Shown here piece by piece: positions 12,237 to 25,600 of a stretch of DNA of 64,000 nt (its first letter is position 1; each line of letters begins with the position of its first letter). The stretch is from Sarea resinae. Taxonomy: Eukaryota. Below the pieces are notes generated by a model. That model ran no database searches. It had not been told where the DNA came from and saw only the letters and a program-made list of their open reading frames with translations. The position numbers and the translations under genes are program-made. The stretch spans positions 62,001 to 126,000 of the forward strand of contig JAPEUD010000029.1 of the NCBI GenBank assembly GCA_026026165.1, given 5' to 3'.

Positions 12237-13719
12237 ATGGCGCCCTATGATAGCGAGTCTTCCGGCGACGAAGAAGAGGAAAACTACACCGAGACAAACG
12301 TGCTCTTAGGCTATGCCTCTAAAGAACCCACCGACGACGCCTTCAGCCAGCTGGGAGGCTTTCCTGTATGCTCCGCTATCTCATGTCTTTCTGTGCCAAA
12401 ACAAGTAATGCTGACACTCTTTGCAGACATGGCTCGACCCCTCAACTCCCCCTCCGGCCTCTCTCGCGAAATGCAAAGTCTGCAACGATCTCATGACGCT
12501 CCTGCTGCAACTGAACGGTGACCTACCCGAGCAATTCCCTGGCCACGAACGTCGTCTCTATCTCTTCAATTGCAGACGCCGCACGTGTCAGCGCAAGAGT
12601 GGTAGCGTGCGCGCTTTCAGAGGGGTGAGAGCGACGAAGATGGAGGACAAATCGTCGTCTAGGAGAAAAGAAGATGTGGAGAAGCAGCAGCCGCCCCAGC
12701 AGGAGACAAAGCGCAGCGCCGATGTAAATATTGGAAACAGTCTGTTTGGGACCACGTCTTCGTCCAGCAACGCGCCTGCGAATCCTTTCTCGACCTCTAC
12801 GTCTTCGTCCGCAAATGCTTCTAGCAATCCCTTCTCGACGTCCACGTCCAATCCGTTCTCTACCTCTGCCTCCACGCTTCCCCCCCTTGACTCCCTGGCC
12901 GCCAAGCCACCCCAGCGTCCTTCTACACAGGAAGAAGAACAAGACAAGCTCCCCGAAACATTCGCCTCGAAAGTGCGCATCTCGTCTCCTACCCCACCAC
13001 CACCTTCGGTCTGCAAACCCTCAGAGCCCTGGCCCCCACAAGAGAAATTCCCCACTCCCTACCCCTCCTACCACTTAGACGCAGACTACGAAACGCTGGA
13101 ACCGACGCCCCTCCCCTTGCCCACACAAGCCATGGACATCGACGCAGCCGAGTCTGCAGCAACAGGGGGAGGAGGAGGAGGCAAAGATGACGCGTCCGGC
13201 AGCGCCTTCGAATCCGCGCTCGACAAGACCTTCCTCCGGTTCGCGGACCGTCTAGCCCAGAACCCGGAACAGGTGCTCCGGTACGAATTCGGAGGTGCGC
13301 CGCTGCTGTACAGCACCTCTGACGGCGTGGGCGCCTTGTTCGCCTCCCCGTCGGCGTCGGCCCAGAATGTGAAAGTGACTACTTCTACTGCCTCTACTAC
13401 TTCGCGGCTAGGTGGAGCGGGAGGGCGAGGCATGCCGCCATGTGCGAATTGCGGTCGAGGCCGCGTGTTCGAGTGCCAGCTTACCCCGCAGGCGATCGCG
13501 GAGCTCGAGGTCGACGAGACGGGCCTGGAGGGCATGGAGTGGGGGACCTTGATCGTGGGCGTCTGTGGCGCCGATTGCGTGCCGAGTGGTGGTGCGTATT
13601 CTTCTGCTTCTGGTGCGGGTGCTAGTGTCGACGGAGGGAAGACGACGGGTGTTGGGTATTTGGAGGAGTGGGTGGGCGTGCAGTGGGAAGAGGTTGCTCA
13701 GCCTGGGCCTAGGAGGTAG
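12237..13719 (+). CDS. TSR4: TSR4/PDCD2-like 40S biogenesis factor (uS5 chaperone), 2 exons (intron 12366-12426)
   Basis: TNVLLGY...SQLGGFP|TWLD...CKVC...LLLQL...ERRLYLFNC, plus a PDCD2_C region (NPEQVLRYEFGGAPL, CANCG...FECQL.P, MEWGT). Confidence 0.9.
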
Positions 13720-14414
13720 TGTGGTATGGCTGTCTGTCTAGGTGTAGGGACTGGAGGGGGGGGGGGGGACAAGGAAGGTGATTGAGGAAGAGAATATTCG
13801 CGAATGGCTTTGGTGTCGGCTTTGAGGGCTATTCCGTCCTCGTCACATTTCCTCAATCACGCCTTGACGACGGAAGAGAGCATATGGATATAGTCAGATC
13901 AGCCAATCAGAACATGTGTGGATGTGGGAAAGGGGGCGAGGGGCAATGGGCAAGGAGCGTGCATCTATACACATGCATAAATCAACGAATAAATGAATGA
14001 ACGATGGCGTCTCAAGTGCCTTTTACACTTCCTCATCTATCAAACTCGCTGTCCTCGGTCCTTTCCCTTTCCCTTGTCTTGCCTTGTCATGCCGTGTATT
14101 GCGTCCTTCATTTGTCTATCTTTTACGTCCGTCCGTCTGATAGGTTATCATTTCATAGTATTACAAAGGTTTAGGGTTTAGAATATCACCTGTGACTCAG
14201 AGGCCGATCGACAGGGTAAGGAAGGACGAAGAAGAAAGAGAAGAAAAGAAAGAAAGGAAAAGGAAAAACAAAAAGGGAAAAGATGAATACCGCGGAAACA
14301 CTACACCACCCCACCCCTTTTCCCACATCCCCCCAACGAAAAAAAAAAAGAAAAAGAAAAAGACCTCGGCTTGGACCAACACACACGACCCGCCAACAAC
14401 GACAGCCCAAACAC

Positions 14415-14466
14415 TGCCAACGAGCAATGCCAACGAACAATGCCAACGAACAATGCCAACGAACAA
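14415..14466. repeat. 13-bp tandem repeat (TGCCAACGAACAA) x4
   Basis: Directly visible, just downstream of the stop of the 14478-15440 ORF. Confidence 0.85.
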
Positions 14467-14477
14467 GGCACAGATGT

Positions 14478-15440
14478 TCACCGACTATCCTCGCCCCGGA
14501 AAAACTTGCGCCACTCACGCACGACGCGCTCGTCGCGCTCGGCCTCGACGCGCTCGATCTTGCGCTCCATCTCCTTGATCTTGCCGGCCAGGCCCAGGAA
14601 CATCAGGTCGCCGTCGGCGCGGTGCTGGATCGCGGGCTCTTGCACGGCGGTCCAGTTCCAGGCGTCGTTGGCGTTGGCGTTGTCGGTGTCGTTGGTGGGG
14701 CGCGGCAGGTCCCAGCTGTCTTTGGACAGGGTCGGGGTCTGAGGCTCGTCTAGCTGTGGGGGGAAGGGGCAGTAGGAGGTCTGGGGGAGGCCGGTTGCAG
14801 CGGCGGCGGTGGTGGTGGCAACAGAAGAGCTCGGGACGCACGCGTTGCCGTTGTCCTTGTCGTCGCCGTCATCCCCCCAGCCGACGTGCTCGGACACTTT
14901 GATCAACGGGTAGGTTTTTTTCTTCTTGTCGGCGGCGTGCTGGACGAGGGCCGCGAGCCGGACTTGGCATTCCTGGATGATGGCCGCGTAGTGCGTGTCG
15001 ATGTTCTGCGTCAGCGTCAACGTGGCCGTGATGTGGCAGTGTCGACAGGCCTGGAAGCCCGGGTGCGAGAGCGCGTGGGTGCAACGACGTTGGCTCACGA
15101 GGCCGTTGGCTGCGGTGCCTTTGACATCACTAACATCACCACCGCCGGAGAGGGAACCGGAGCCAACGTTGTTGGTGTTGTTGTTGTTGTTGTTGTTGTT
15201 GTTGGCCTCAGCGGCAGACTTGATTGAGCTGGCCGAGGAGTGCACTTCGGACGGGCTGCATGTGCCTGGGCAGGGACTGGTGGATGCGGTGGCATTGGCG
15301 TTCAGGCTCGTGCTGCTGCTGTTGGCAGGGTTGGGCCAGAGCAGCGGCAGAAGCTCATAGATGGGTGTTTGGGGCGCCCCAGGGGTCGAGGCGGGCGGTG
15401 GCACCGGAGAGGGCGCGAAGGGAGGGAGACGGAGTGGCAT
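14478..15440 (-). CDS. Hypothetical protein (low complexity, Cys/His cluster, C-terminal coiled coil)
   Basis: GC-rich 320-aa ORF with a good ATG context (CAAAATG), a poly-N tract, a CTHALSHPGFQACRHCH motif and C-terminal KIKEMERKIERVEAERDERVVREW. I recognise no family. Confidence 0.6.
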   Translation of the reverse strand: MPLRLPPFAPSPVPPPASTPGAPQTPIYELLPLLWPNPANSSSTSLNANATASTSPCPGTCSPSEVHSSASSIKSAAEANNNNNNNNNTNNVGSGSLSGGGDVSDVKGTAANGLVSQRRCTHALSHPGFQACRHCHITATLTLTQNIDTHYAAIIQECQVRLAALVQHAADKKKKTYPLIKVSEHVGWGDDGDDKDNGNACVPSSSVATTTAAAATGLPQTSYCPFPPQLDEPQTPTLSKDSWDLPRPTNDTDNANANDAWNWTAVQEPAIQHRADGDLMFLGLAGKIKEMERKIERVEAERDERVVREWRKFFRGEDSR

Positions 15441-16625
15441 TTTGTTCTTCTGGTGTTGTGATGCTCACGGACCTGAAGACGGTGTGCAATTCAGCTGGTG
15501 AACTGACTTGACTTGACTTCGGTTGAGCTGAAAGGAAATCAGCCATCTTTTCACGGTCACTGCCATTTGTTGTTTGGGGGTGAATGGAGGGGAGAGAGTA
15601 GGTGAGCGAGTCGAATGGTGAGAATGCCATACCAGATAAGACTTGGAGCGGGCTTGATCTGCTGAGCTGAGCAGAGTCGAGCTGAGCTGAGCCTGGGGTT
15701 AGCATGATCACGAAACCAAACGTTTTTAATGAGGAGACAGAGATGATAGCATACCAGATGAGAGCAGAAGTCGTACAAGACACCAGCCGACCAGGGGTTC
15801 TGGGATGTCTAGCAGCTATGTCGGTTCCAGTCCTCTACTCTCTTTGTCAAGGGCCCAGTTGCATCCAAATGAGTGAGTACATGAACGAAAGGACAGCAAG
15901 TAGTCGTCTCGAGGTGGTGGCCTTGTTTCTATAGTTGCTGCCATCTGGACACGAACGCGGAAGCGAGAGTGAGGTGTGAATTGTTTGCATTTCACTTCAC
16001 GGCAACGTTGTGAATCGTTAGGAGACGAATTGATCATTGGCGTCACAGCCAGAGATGACGATGTGACTGGAGTGGAGGGGATTCGCAGTGGTGAGAAGCG
16101 AGATGGTGAATGGGAAAACCTCTTCTGTGCAAGTGGTACTGATGACAGCGTCTAGTCAATGCATACTTATGAATGAGCGGATGAGATGTTAATGATGCTC
16201 CTCAAAAGTGTCAATTTTCGTAGCTTTCATATCAGAGGAACGACAGATATATGATTTCCGTCATAGGGGCCGAGGCAAACACCGTAAAGGAACAAACGAG
16301 TGATATACAGTGAGCACCATACAAATGACAGAGTTACTTGTATGTAGGACTTATCGACTTGACAGGGCAAACACGGCTTGGCCCGCGAGCTGACCGGCTA
16401 GCGTGTTTGATCGATAATTAGCATAAACACCAAATAAGAATCGGATATTGTCTTGCGGTAGTTCACAGATGATTTAGTTGAGCAGCCCTGATTTGATCTT
16501 CTGTATCGAGAATTTTCTCTACCGAGAAGAGGACCGGAAAATGAGTAGGGACAAGACGCACATCCACCAAACGCTGATGCAACCAACCTGAACACTAGAA
16601 CACCAGCACCCCCGAACAATTTCCA

Positions 16626-19600
16626 CTAAATACCAAATTTTCCAGTGAGACCTATTGCAAAGATGGTTAGTAGTGAAAACGTCAATTTGTTTCCTATCTC
16701 ACTGAGAACGGGAACGGGAAGCACTCACCCCCAATGATGACTTTCCTCTTCGTCTGACTGACAAACTTATTGACATCATCTGCCCATCCCATGCTGCTCT
16801 CCTCAAGCCTATCCATCGAGTCTCCCATGATCCCCAGCTTCTCGGTCCGTTCGTTGAGCTGCCGCTGCATATACTGCCAGTAGCTTTCATCTTGGCCTTG
16901 AGCAGCAGCAGCGCCACCAGTGGGCCGTCGTTGATTGCTGCGTTGCTGTTCGTCCGCTATGCTCTGCTCGAGCATTCGCCGCGAGGGTTTTCGGCCAGGA
17001 CCTCCAACTGCGTGGTGTCTTTAGTAAGCATACACGCAAACATATACAAACAGGACTTACTCAAAGTGTCCATGTCTGCTGGAGTAACGTATTGAGTGCC
17101 TGAGATCCATTGCAGGTTTGATATGGTTGGTCTTGGAGGTATCACATGTTGCGGATCAAAAAGTCGATCATTCGAAGGCATCCTGTAAGAATTAGCGAAA
17201 AGAAATGTACGAGACACTGAAGGGGTCGCACAGTCCCTGCCCTGTCCCCCAAACATTCATAAAGGCAAGCTCTGATGGGCCTGTCCAGGCCAAAGCATCC
17301 CCAGATTTCGTGAAGACAGCATCGGATAATTTTTTCACATCTACTATGCGGTCGACTCTAGCTTCACCAAGTTCTTTCAACCCAGGCAGAGAGAAGGCCT
17401 TGGTGAACCCATCGCCGAAGAAGCCGACCAGAGCGTAGCCACTGTCTTGATATCGAACAATCCCAGCCGAATCACACAAAGCGCGATCCCATGTTTTGTG
17501 AGCCCCTTTGGCAGAAGTGGGCTTGAAGATCCGCACTTCTGCTGGAGTCACGGCTACTACTACACCGTTGACCTTGATACCGTTTCGTAAATTGCCCACG
17601 GCGTTCTGACTCGCGTAAGCACCGCCGCCGGTATCTGCGTTGACCGGGCATATGGAAATGACACGGCCTTCGAGGGAAGTGGACCCAGCAAATTGTGCAG
17701 AGTATCCTCCCTTGGCTTCGGGAAGAAGCTTGAAAGTAGCTATACGTCCTAATTTCGTCCCAACAAACAACAGGATACTCGAATAATCTGTTCCAGACTC
17801 GAGTCAGTCATCTATAAAAATCAAGGCGAGAAAAGCAATCTTACCCTCGCCCTCCAAGGTCATAACGCCAAATTCCATCAGAGTGGGATAATCAGAAGCA
17901 CCCTGACTTGCACTGTTGCTCCTCCTTCGTAGGCTCCCGTGCTTTTTCTGGCTGATCAGGTCGGCCAACGTCGCCTGAAATATAACCGCCGGACCTCGCA
18001 TATCAATAATAGTGACGCTCCCATTTTCGTACCCAATTCCTGCAAATCCAACATCGCTCATCTTGATTGCAGACACACGACCTTGTCGTTGGTCAAGCAA
18101 GACAAATGGCAGTAGACCCTCTTTTAACCCTGGATCCGTTCGATCTTTGATAATGGTCAAGCTTCCAGGGGGGGGAGCATTGAATGCCTCCATTGGCGCT
18201 TCCAGCCCGTATTTTTGATTTTTGTCCCACCTGAAGATCACGACTTCACCAGTCTGCATACCCACCGCTAGTTCGGCAGTTGCACCAGACAAAGACATTT
18301 GACTGATTTCGACATCATCCAGCCGACCAAGCGCACGAGCTACATCGACCTGGAGGACGCCTTCATTCTCAATCTCATCAGCATGGCCTGTGTCCCAGAG
18401 TCGAATTGTACCGTCCGCATGAGCAGTCTGGATGATATTTCGACCCTCGAATCTCTTCAGCGGGCGGGGTGCTTCAGCACCACCCCTTAAGATGGGTGGG
18501 CCTTGTTGCCTCGATTCCGTCATGCCAAGCCATCTACCACGCTCTATTTGAGCGACAGCAATCTTATTGACGAAAGGATGAACAAACGACATCGACACAT
18601 GCAACTGGTTCGTTGGGGAAATGGGATGGCCATTTGGAAAGCTTAGGGTAATGACTTCGCCTGAGGACATTTGGGCCATTACTGCAATTGGGTCCTGAGC
18701 TCCTGCATAGTACGGGGAGAAGCGAGGGATGAGACAGAAATCGACAACATTTGCCATAGCAGGCGTCTCAAGGATGAATTGCCTTTTTGGTGCGCCAAAA
18801 TGGTCAGAGAGAGCTTGCCATGAGGACGTTGCGTAGATCGGTGTTCCGCCTAGATCTAGAAAAGTGAGACCCTTGGAAGACTGCCGAGCCGGTGCCCCTC
18901 CGGCCACAAGAATACCCGTATCATCTGGGTTCTTTTTACAGCACCACGCAATCCGAATCAACGGCTCCCTGACGGTGAAAGTTTCGGGACCGGCCTGGTA
19001 AGTGCCTGTCTTTGTACCGGGTTTATCCACATCTCGGTCCTGTAGAGTTCTAGCCATGACTAACCGCCCATCTTTTGGATCCCAAAAGACTAGACTGCCG
19101 TCTTCATGTCCCGTCAATATGAACGTGCCGATTGGATGCCATAAGGCGTGCGTCAACTTGGGATGCCGAGCAACATTCATCGTACTGGGATCTGAATCTC
19201 CCCCAGGAGCACCCGGTGGAACTTCGTACGAGAAGAACTTGAGAACTGCATTCTCTTTGAAGGAGTAGATGGCCGCGCCTTCTCCGTACCCAACGAGTAA
19301 CGTGCCTATATCTCTGGGATGCAACGAAAGAGAAATTACTGGTAGTAATCGAGCTCGAGGATTCCTCTCTCGCCATAGATTTGGTATCTTGAAGGGCGCC
19401 GGAACCTCTCGATCGAGGTCGTACGAAACAATGTCACCTGTTCTGTCATCAGCATCGATCGGTCGTGATGTTCTATTCTGGAGAGCGTACCGTTTTGTAG
19501 TCCCTAGGTGATTTATTGAGCCAGAGGATTAATGACTAGCTTCTGATTACGGTACTTACAAGAAATATCCAATCTAGACTTGGATCTGTCAACAGGGCAG

Positions 19601-20051
19601 TTACAATCCCTGGCGGCGTATAGCTGGCTTGACGCCTTCCGGCTGGTAGGGAATAAATTACGAGCTCATTCTGCGAGTCCAAGCTTATGAGCTTATCTGC
19701 ACAGAACTGTAAAGTCCTAATAGATGCCTTGCGTGGAAGAGTGAAGGACACAGAGACTCGTTTCTGTCCAAACACATAGACCTGTCCGCTTCCGTATTGT
19801 GTCTCGTTCGTTCCTACTGCGAGGAGGCCTTGTACGGGATCATATGCCAAGGCCGACATCTGAGAGTTGATGCCAAAGCGAGCCACCTAAGAGTTGTCGA
19901 AGGTCAGAGAAGTGGAACGTTGGGAGGGCGGGGGGAGAATGGGGATCTTTCCCAAGGCGCATACATCGTCCAGCATGAACAGCTCCGGACTGATGCCAGC
20001 GGAAAAGTCATTCTGTATGCCTGCCAGCCGTCCACGCAGGAAGTGTGCCAT
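16626..20051 (-). CDS. SRO7: Sro7/Sro77 (Lgl/tomosyn) WD40 exocytosis regulator, about 8 exons
   Basis: MAHFLRG...FGINSQMSALAYDPVQGLLAVGT...VYVFGQ, HPRDIGTLLVGY, Lgl_C region, and a tomosyn-like tail (LNERTEKLGIMGDSMDRLEESSMGWADDV). The last exon GLTGKFGI* has its stop at 16626-16628. Confidence 0.9.
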
Positions 20052-20656
20052 ATTCGAGCCTCAATCGCTCAATCTAATGCTTGCTAGAATACAGGTGGGC
20101 GGGGCAGGAAAGGGTCCCAAGTGAGCGTCCCAAGGTATCTGATGAAGAGCAAGACGATGCAGGCAATAGAAGTCAGGAGGCTAAATCGAGTATGTCTGTC
20201 TGCACCTCTTACTCTGAAAAGAGCATACTAGGTCATCTCGGCGTCGTTGCGGTGGTTGGTCTCAGCAACATATGGCTCACGTACGATTTACAGCGAAGGC
20301 TTGGCCCGTTGGAATGGCGACCCGCTAGCAGTGGGGACGTCACCGCCTTCGGCAAATTACCAGGGCCGCACCACCACCATCCATGCAGGGCCCAGAGCCT
20401 ATCAATAAATCACGAAGTGAACCTGAATTCTCTTCTTGCTTCTCGAATTGATTTCCTCGACTGTATTCCTATGGGGCTATCTTGCTTGCTATTAAACTTG
20501 ATGGGGGTAATCTTGCTAAACAAAGTTGACGGAGAGGTAACATGTTTGGGCTCCCGGTCGGGGTGGTTGGGACATGGAGCTAAATACGAAAGAAACCGCT
20601 GTGGAGACGTAACAGATATGAATCACTACTGCTCCACAACGAGGGAACATTGGTGA

Positions 20657-21704
20657 TCAATGCGCCATCACCGCCTCCCCTTGGTGCTGCTGACCCAAAG
20701 GCTGCCCCTTGGAAGCCGCTCCGTTGGTAGGCTTTTCGCCGTCCTCGCCCATGTCCATATCTTCATCCCCATCTCCTTCACCCTCCTCCTCCTCGATGTC
20801 TTCCTCCTCACTTCCACTGCTTTCGGCTTCAAGGTCCTCGCTGCCGTCATCAGAAGCTTCGTCTTCCTCCTTGTCCACTACCTTGGAAGGGCCTGCAGTG
20901 TCTTCAGCGCCAGCCATCTCCGCATCGTCCCCGTCGACCTTCTCGCCAGTCTCGCCTTCCTCGGCTTCAACGAGCTCCTCCTCTTCTTCTGCCCCATAAG
21001 CTGTCTCGTCATCCTCGACCGCGTCCGCTTCGGGCTGTTCCGGAGGATACTCGGCCGGCGCAGATTCCTCAGTGTCCCTGTGGCATTGCGCCTTAGCTGC
21101 ACGAACGAGGCGCGTTGGGGGTGCAGTGATACGTACCACTTAATGGCAAATCGGGTGACCCTGGGCTTCTCCGCGAGGACGTTGCGCCTGACCCTCTCGA
21201 TGACTGGCTTGGCAGGAGGTTCGGCATTCAGCTCGTCAGAGTCGTACTCATTGTTGACGTAGTAACCAACGCGTACAAATTCCCTTCCATCGTAACTGCA
21301 GGTCAGGAGAATGACGGTGACGCCAAGAATTTCAGAGGCGGGGATACGCTTCAGATCGGGCGCATCAGCTTCGAAGACGAATTTATTGACCCCCACAGGA
21401 ATTGGCCCAACGAGCAACGAGTCGAGCTCTTGGTCGTGTTCGGAGCTAAGATTGGGTTAGGCATCGCAGAATGAAAGGCAAGCAACGAGTGTGAGCTTAC
21501 GAAGTCGCGGAGCCCACGTAGGTCAGCTTCCACTCCAAATCTGCAGGGTTGATTTAGCAATTTGAGAAAGCTTTCGACCGGCATTGCTGTCGTACCCTTC
21601 TGGAGTTGTTCCAAGCACTCGAAAGTGATCTCGAACTCGTAGGGCGCGTTGAATGCGGCCGGGTTGTTCAGGACTTTGACGCCCAGCAGAGAAACAACCG
21701 ACAT
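20657..21704 (-). CDS. ASF1: Histone H3-H4 chaperone Asf1, 4 exons, acidic tail
   Basis: [16 protein letters not shown]...[56 protein letters not shown]...[11 protein letters not shown], followed by a D/E-rich tail. Confidence 0.97.
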
Positions 21705-22662
21705 TTTCGCGGGTGCTTGCGATCGTGGTCGGCCTTGACCGAGGGCAATGGAATGGAGAGAAGGGTTGAAGAGACGAGGTAAGTGGAGTTGAGTGGAGGG
21801 GAGTAGAAGTAGAGTATCGTGTCGTGTCGTGTAGTGTAATAGAAGGGAAGAGTGAAGAGGGAAGAGAAGTGAGGGCTGTGATGTTATTGAGGGTTGTGGG
21901 TTGTGGGTTGTGGGCTGTGGTGTTGTTGTTATTGTGGTGGTGTCTCCCTGTCAATATGAATCTTTGGTCTCCCGCGGTCTGCTACTTACTGTAGTCAGGT
22001 AGAAGTAGGGAAGGTTAGCTAGAAATGCCCCTCCCGTCGTCTCATCGATCTCTTTTCTCGCGCGCGTCTTTTCGTGTCGCGCATACGAGCCGAGTACCTC
22101 CAGGAGTACATACTATGTACATAGTACTAGTATCCCGAATCGAGCAGCCAGAGTGGAAAAGTGGATTATTAGCTAATTACTGACTAATTACGAGCACTGG
22201 GCACAGCAGGCAGACACTCGACGACCGCGGTACCTCCGTGCACTGCGGCGGTACATCCAAGAGTACTGCGCAGTACTGGGCGACGCCGTATCTGGTGAGC
22301 TAAGTCAAAGTAGGTGTAGTGTCACCAGCCAAGTACCTTCAAGACAGTTCGAGACACCACCTCGAGACAAAGCTCGATTAAAACCCATTATCACCTTCCC
22401 AGCTCATCTTCACGATGCTTCATCAGTGATCGCCTTTGCTTGTATCCTTCAACCATCTCGATTCTGTTGGCTTTGCGCTTCTTCTGTAAGTACTCACCTT
22501 CTCTTCCTCTTCCTCTTCGTCCTCATCTTCTTCCGACCTCTGTCTTGGCCGTCAACCATTTTCTGACGTCGCATGCTCGCCATCGTCAGTTTTCTCGTTT
22601 TTCCGTCGTCCTCACAATCGCACCCGAAGCGTCTATACTGGGACCCTAATATTCTAGCTAGG

Positions 22663-25600
22663 ATGGCTGGCATCGATCCGGAGATGGCCTTCCTCCAGTC
22701 GATGCAGGCGATGAATGAGGCCGCGGGGACGGGTCAAGCACAAGATGGAGTAGAAGATCAACAGAACCAAGCTCTTTCGTCAGACGATGATGATTATGAT
22801 CCTTCGCAGAGCGTGCCTGATATTTCATCCCCCCCATCGCATGCAAATGACACTGCCAATGCTGTTCCAAATGACCTGTCTCCGACTCCTTCATACACAC
22901 CCCAACATCAAGACCTTGCAGGCCCTCATAGCGACGCCGCAACTGCCTTGTCCGGCAAGCCTGCGCCGTCCGCCTCGGTCGCCATCCCAGACTCGCAATC
23001 TCAGAACTCGTCGCGGACTGCTTCGCGCGCTTCCGGACGGCCAGGGAGTGCTGCTCCCGTTTCATCGAAGACGCCAGGCGTGGCTGGGGATTTTACTTCT
23101 ACTGGTGACGGGACAAGTGATACTCAAATGACTCAGTCGTCTGGTCTGGAGGGTTCTTCAAATGTCCTTGGGGTTTCTGAGCATCCTTCGCATCCTTCGC
23201 ATCCTTCGCATCCTTCGCATCCTTCGCATCCTTCGCTTCCTCATACTCCTGTTAATGGCAATTCTTCTTCAAATGTATCAATACAAAATGCTGCTCAAGA
23301 ACAGGGTGTCTCAGGTGTTCTTCCAAGTGGCGTTACTAATACTGTTCCTAACCTTGCTGCCGTCATCCCTAATACTGGTGCCTCCTCAGTCAATGGGGGC
23401 GCTTCAACGCCTACCCAGACTCTTCCCGCCCCACAGCTTCCTTCTGCTATGGCTTCAACTCCCGCAGGAACGCCAGCAGTGGCGGCTCCAAAAGCACGAC
23501 TTCCCCATGACCGCGTTGGTATCCTCGAAGATAGAATCAAGGAAGATCCTCGCGGCGAGATGGATGCCTGGCTAAGTTTGATCGGCGAGCATCGCAAACG
23601 AAACAAGCTCGATGACGCTCGAGCCGTATATGACCGTTTTTTTAAGGTCTTTCCTACAGCAGTAAGTCTTCAAGCTCGTCGATTGATCTTGCGATTAACT
23701 TACCTTTCTAGGCCGAGCAATGGGTTGCTTATGCAACGATGGAGTTACAAAATAACGACTTCTTTCGCGTGGAGCAAATCTTCAACAAAGCTCTCTTAAA
23801 TGTTCCTAACGTACAGCTTTGGTCTGTCTATTTAGATTATGTCCGTAGGCGCAACAATCTCACCACCGATACAGCTGGAACTGCTCGGCAAATAATTTCT
23901 CAGGCATATGACTTTGTGCTGCAGAACATTGGAATAGATAAAGATTCTGGCCCGATATGGCAGGACTACGTTCAATTCATTCGTTCTGGCCCAGGCCACC
24001 TAGGAGGAAGTAGCTGGCAAGATCAGCAAAAGATGGATCTGCTGAGGAAGACCTATCAGCGTGCAATATGCGTCCCAACGCAAGCCGTGAACAGCTTATG
24101 GAAAGAATACGACGGCTTTGAAATGGGTTTGAATAAGATGACGGTAGGTTCATCTTGAATCCCGGGTCAATTGAACAGTGTCCTAATAACCTTCTCAATT
24201 AGGGCCGAAAGTTTTTGCAAGAGAAATCTCCCTCCTATATGACTGCTCGAAGCTCGTTTATCGAGCTTCAAAACATGACCAGAGAGCTTGACCGGACCTC
24301 GCTGCCCAGCTTGCCCCCGGCCTTAGGATTTGACGGAGACGTGGAATACCTGAAGCAAGTTGAACTGTGGAAGAAATGGATTCAATGGGAGAAAGATGAT
24401 CCGTTGGTACTCAAAGATGAAGACGTAGCATCTTTCAGAACGCGTGTCGTCTATGTTTACAAACAGGCAGTAATGGCACTACGATTTTGGCCCGAGCTGT
24501 GGTTCGATGCGGCCGAATTTTGCTTCGAAAATGGTATGGAGAAGGAAGGCAATGACTTTCTGGCTCAAGGAGTCGCTGCCAACCCGGAAAGCTGCCTTTT
24601 GGCTTTCAAGCGAGCCGATCGACTAGAATCTACCACATCGAACGAAGATGGCGAGGAGAGCGCCAAGCGTCGTGGTGCTGCCGTTCGAGAACCCTATGAT
24701 AAGGTCCTGGATGCGTTGTACGAGCTCATCGCAAGGGTGAAAACTCGGGAGGCACAAGATATCGCTCGTATAGGAGAGGCCTTCGCTGCCCCGAGCCGCC
24801 CGACACCCTCCGGCCGGGATGACGACGAAGATGAAGATGACGGGAATGATGCAGAGGCCGAGTCCAGGGAAGCGGCTAAGAAAGCTCAGGTTGAAGCAGT
24901 TCAAAATGGCAATGCAGTGCAAATAAAATTGTTGTCAAGAACAATTTCATTTGCTTGGACAGCGTTGATGCGAGCCATGCGCCGAATTCAAGGTAAAGGC
25001 AAGGTTGGAGATGTTATTGGGGGTTCACGACAGATTTTCACCGATGCCCGCAAGAGGGGCCGGCTCACCAGCGATGTCTACGTTGCCAGCGCTCTCATCG
25101 AGTACCATTGTTATAAGGACCCTGCCGCAACAAAGATTTTTGAACGGGGAATGAAGCTCTTCCCGGAAGATGAGAACTTTGCATTGGAGTACTTGAAACA
25201 TTTAATCGCAATCAATGATATCACAAGTAAGTTTATCCTCAAATACTGCTCAGCATGCACAGTATGCTAATTTTGATCAGATGCTCGGGCTGTTTTCGAG
25301 ACGACCGTCAATAAGCTTTCCCAAAAACCAGAAACACTGCACAAGGCGAAACCAATATACGCCTTCTTTCACGAATATGAGGCCCAGTATGGCGAGCTCT
25401 CCCAAGTCGGCAAATTGGAAAAGCGTATGAGCGACTTGTTTCCTGAAGATCCGCAGCTTCTACGTTTCTCGCGTCGTTACACCTCTCAAGGCTTCGACCC
25501 GACAGCAATACGGCCTATCATCTCGCCGGCTACCCAAGCTAGGCCCAAATTACTTCCTTCGATAGAGAATATAGTGTCTGCCCACAATTCACCTCCCAGC

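Noticed and set aside
3164..13625. Many antisense or alternative-frame ORFs over SGT1, pcp1, eIF3k and TSR4
   Set aside because: They are shadow ORFs of the biased codon usage in real genes.
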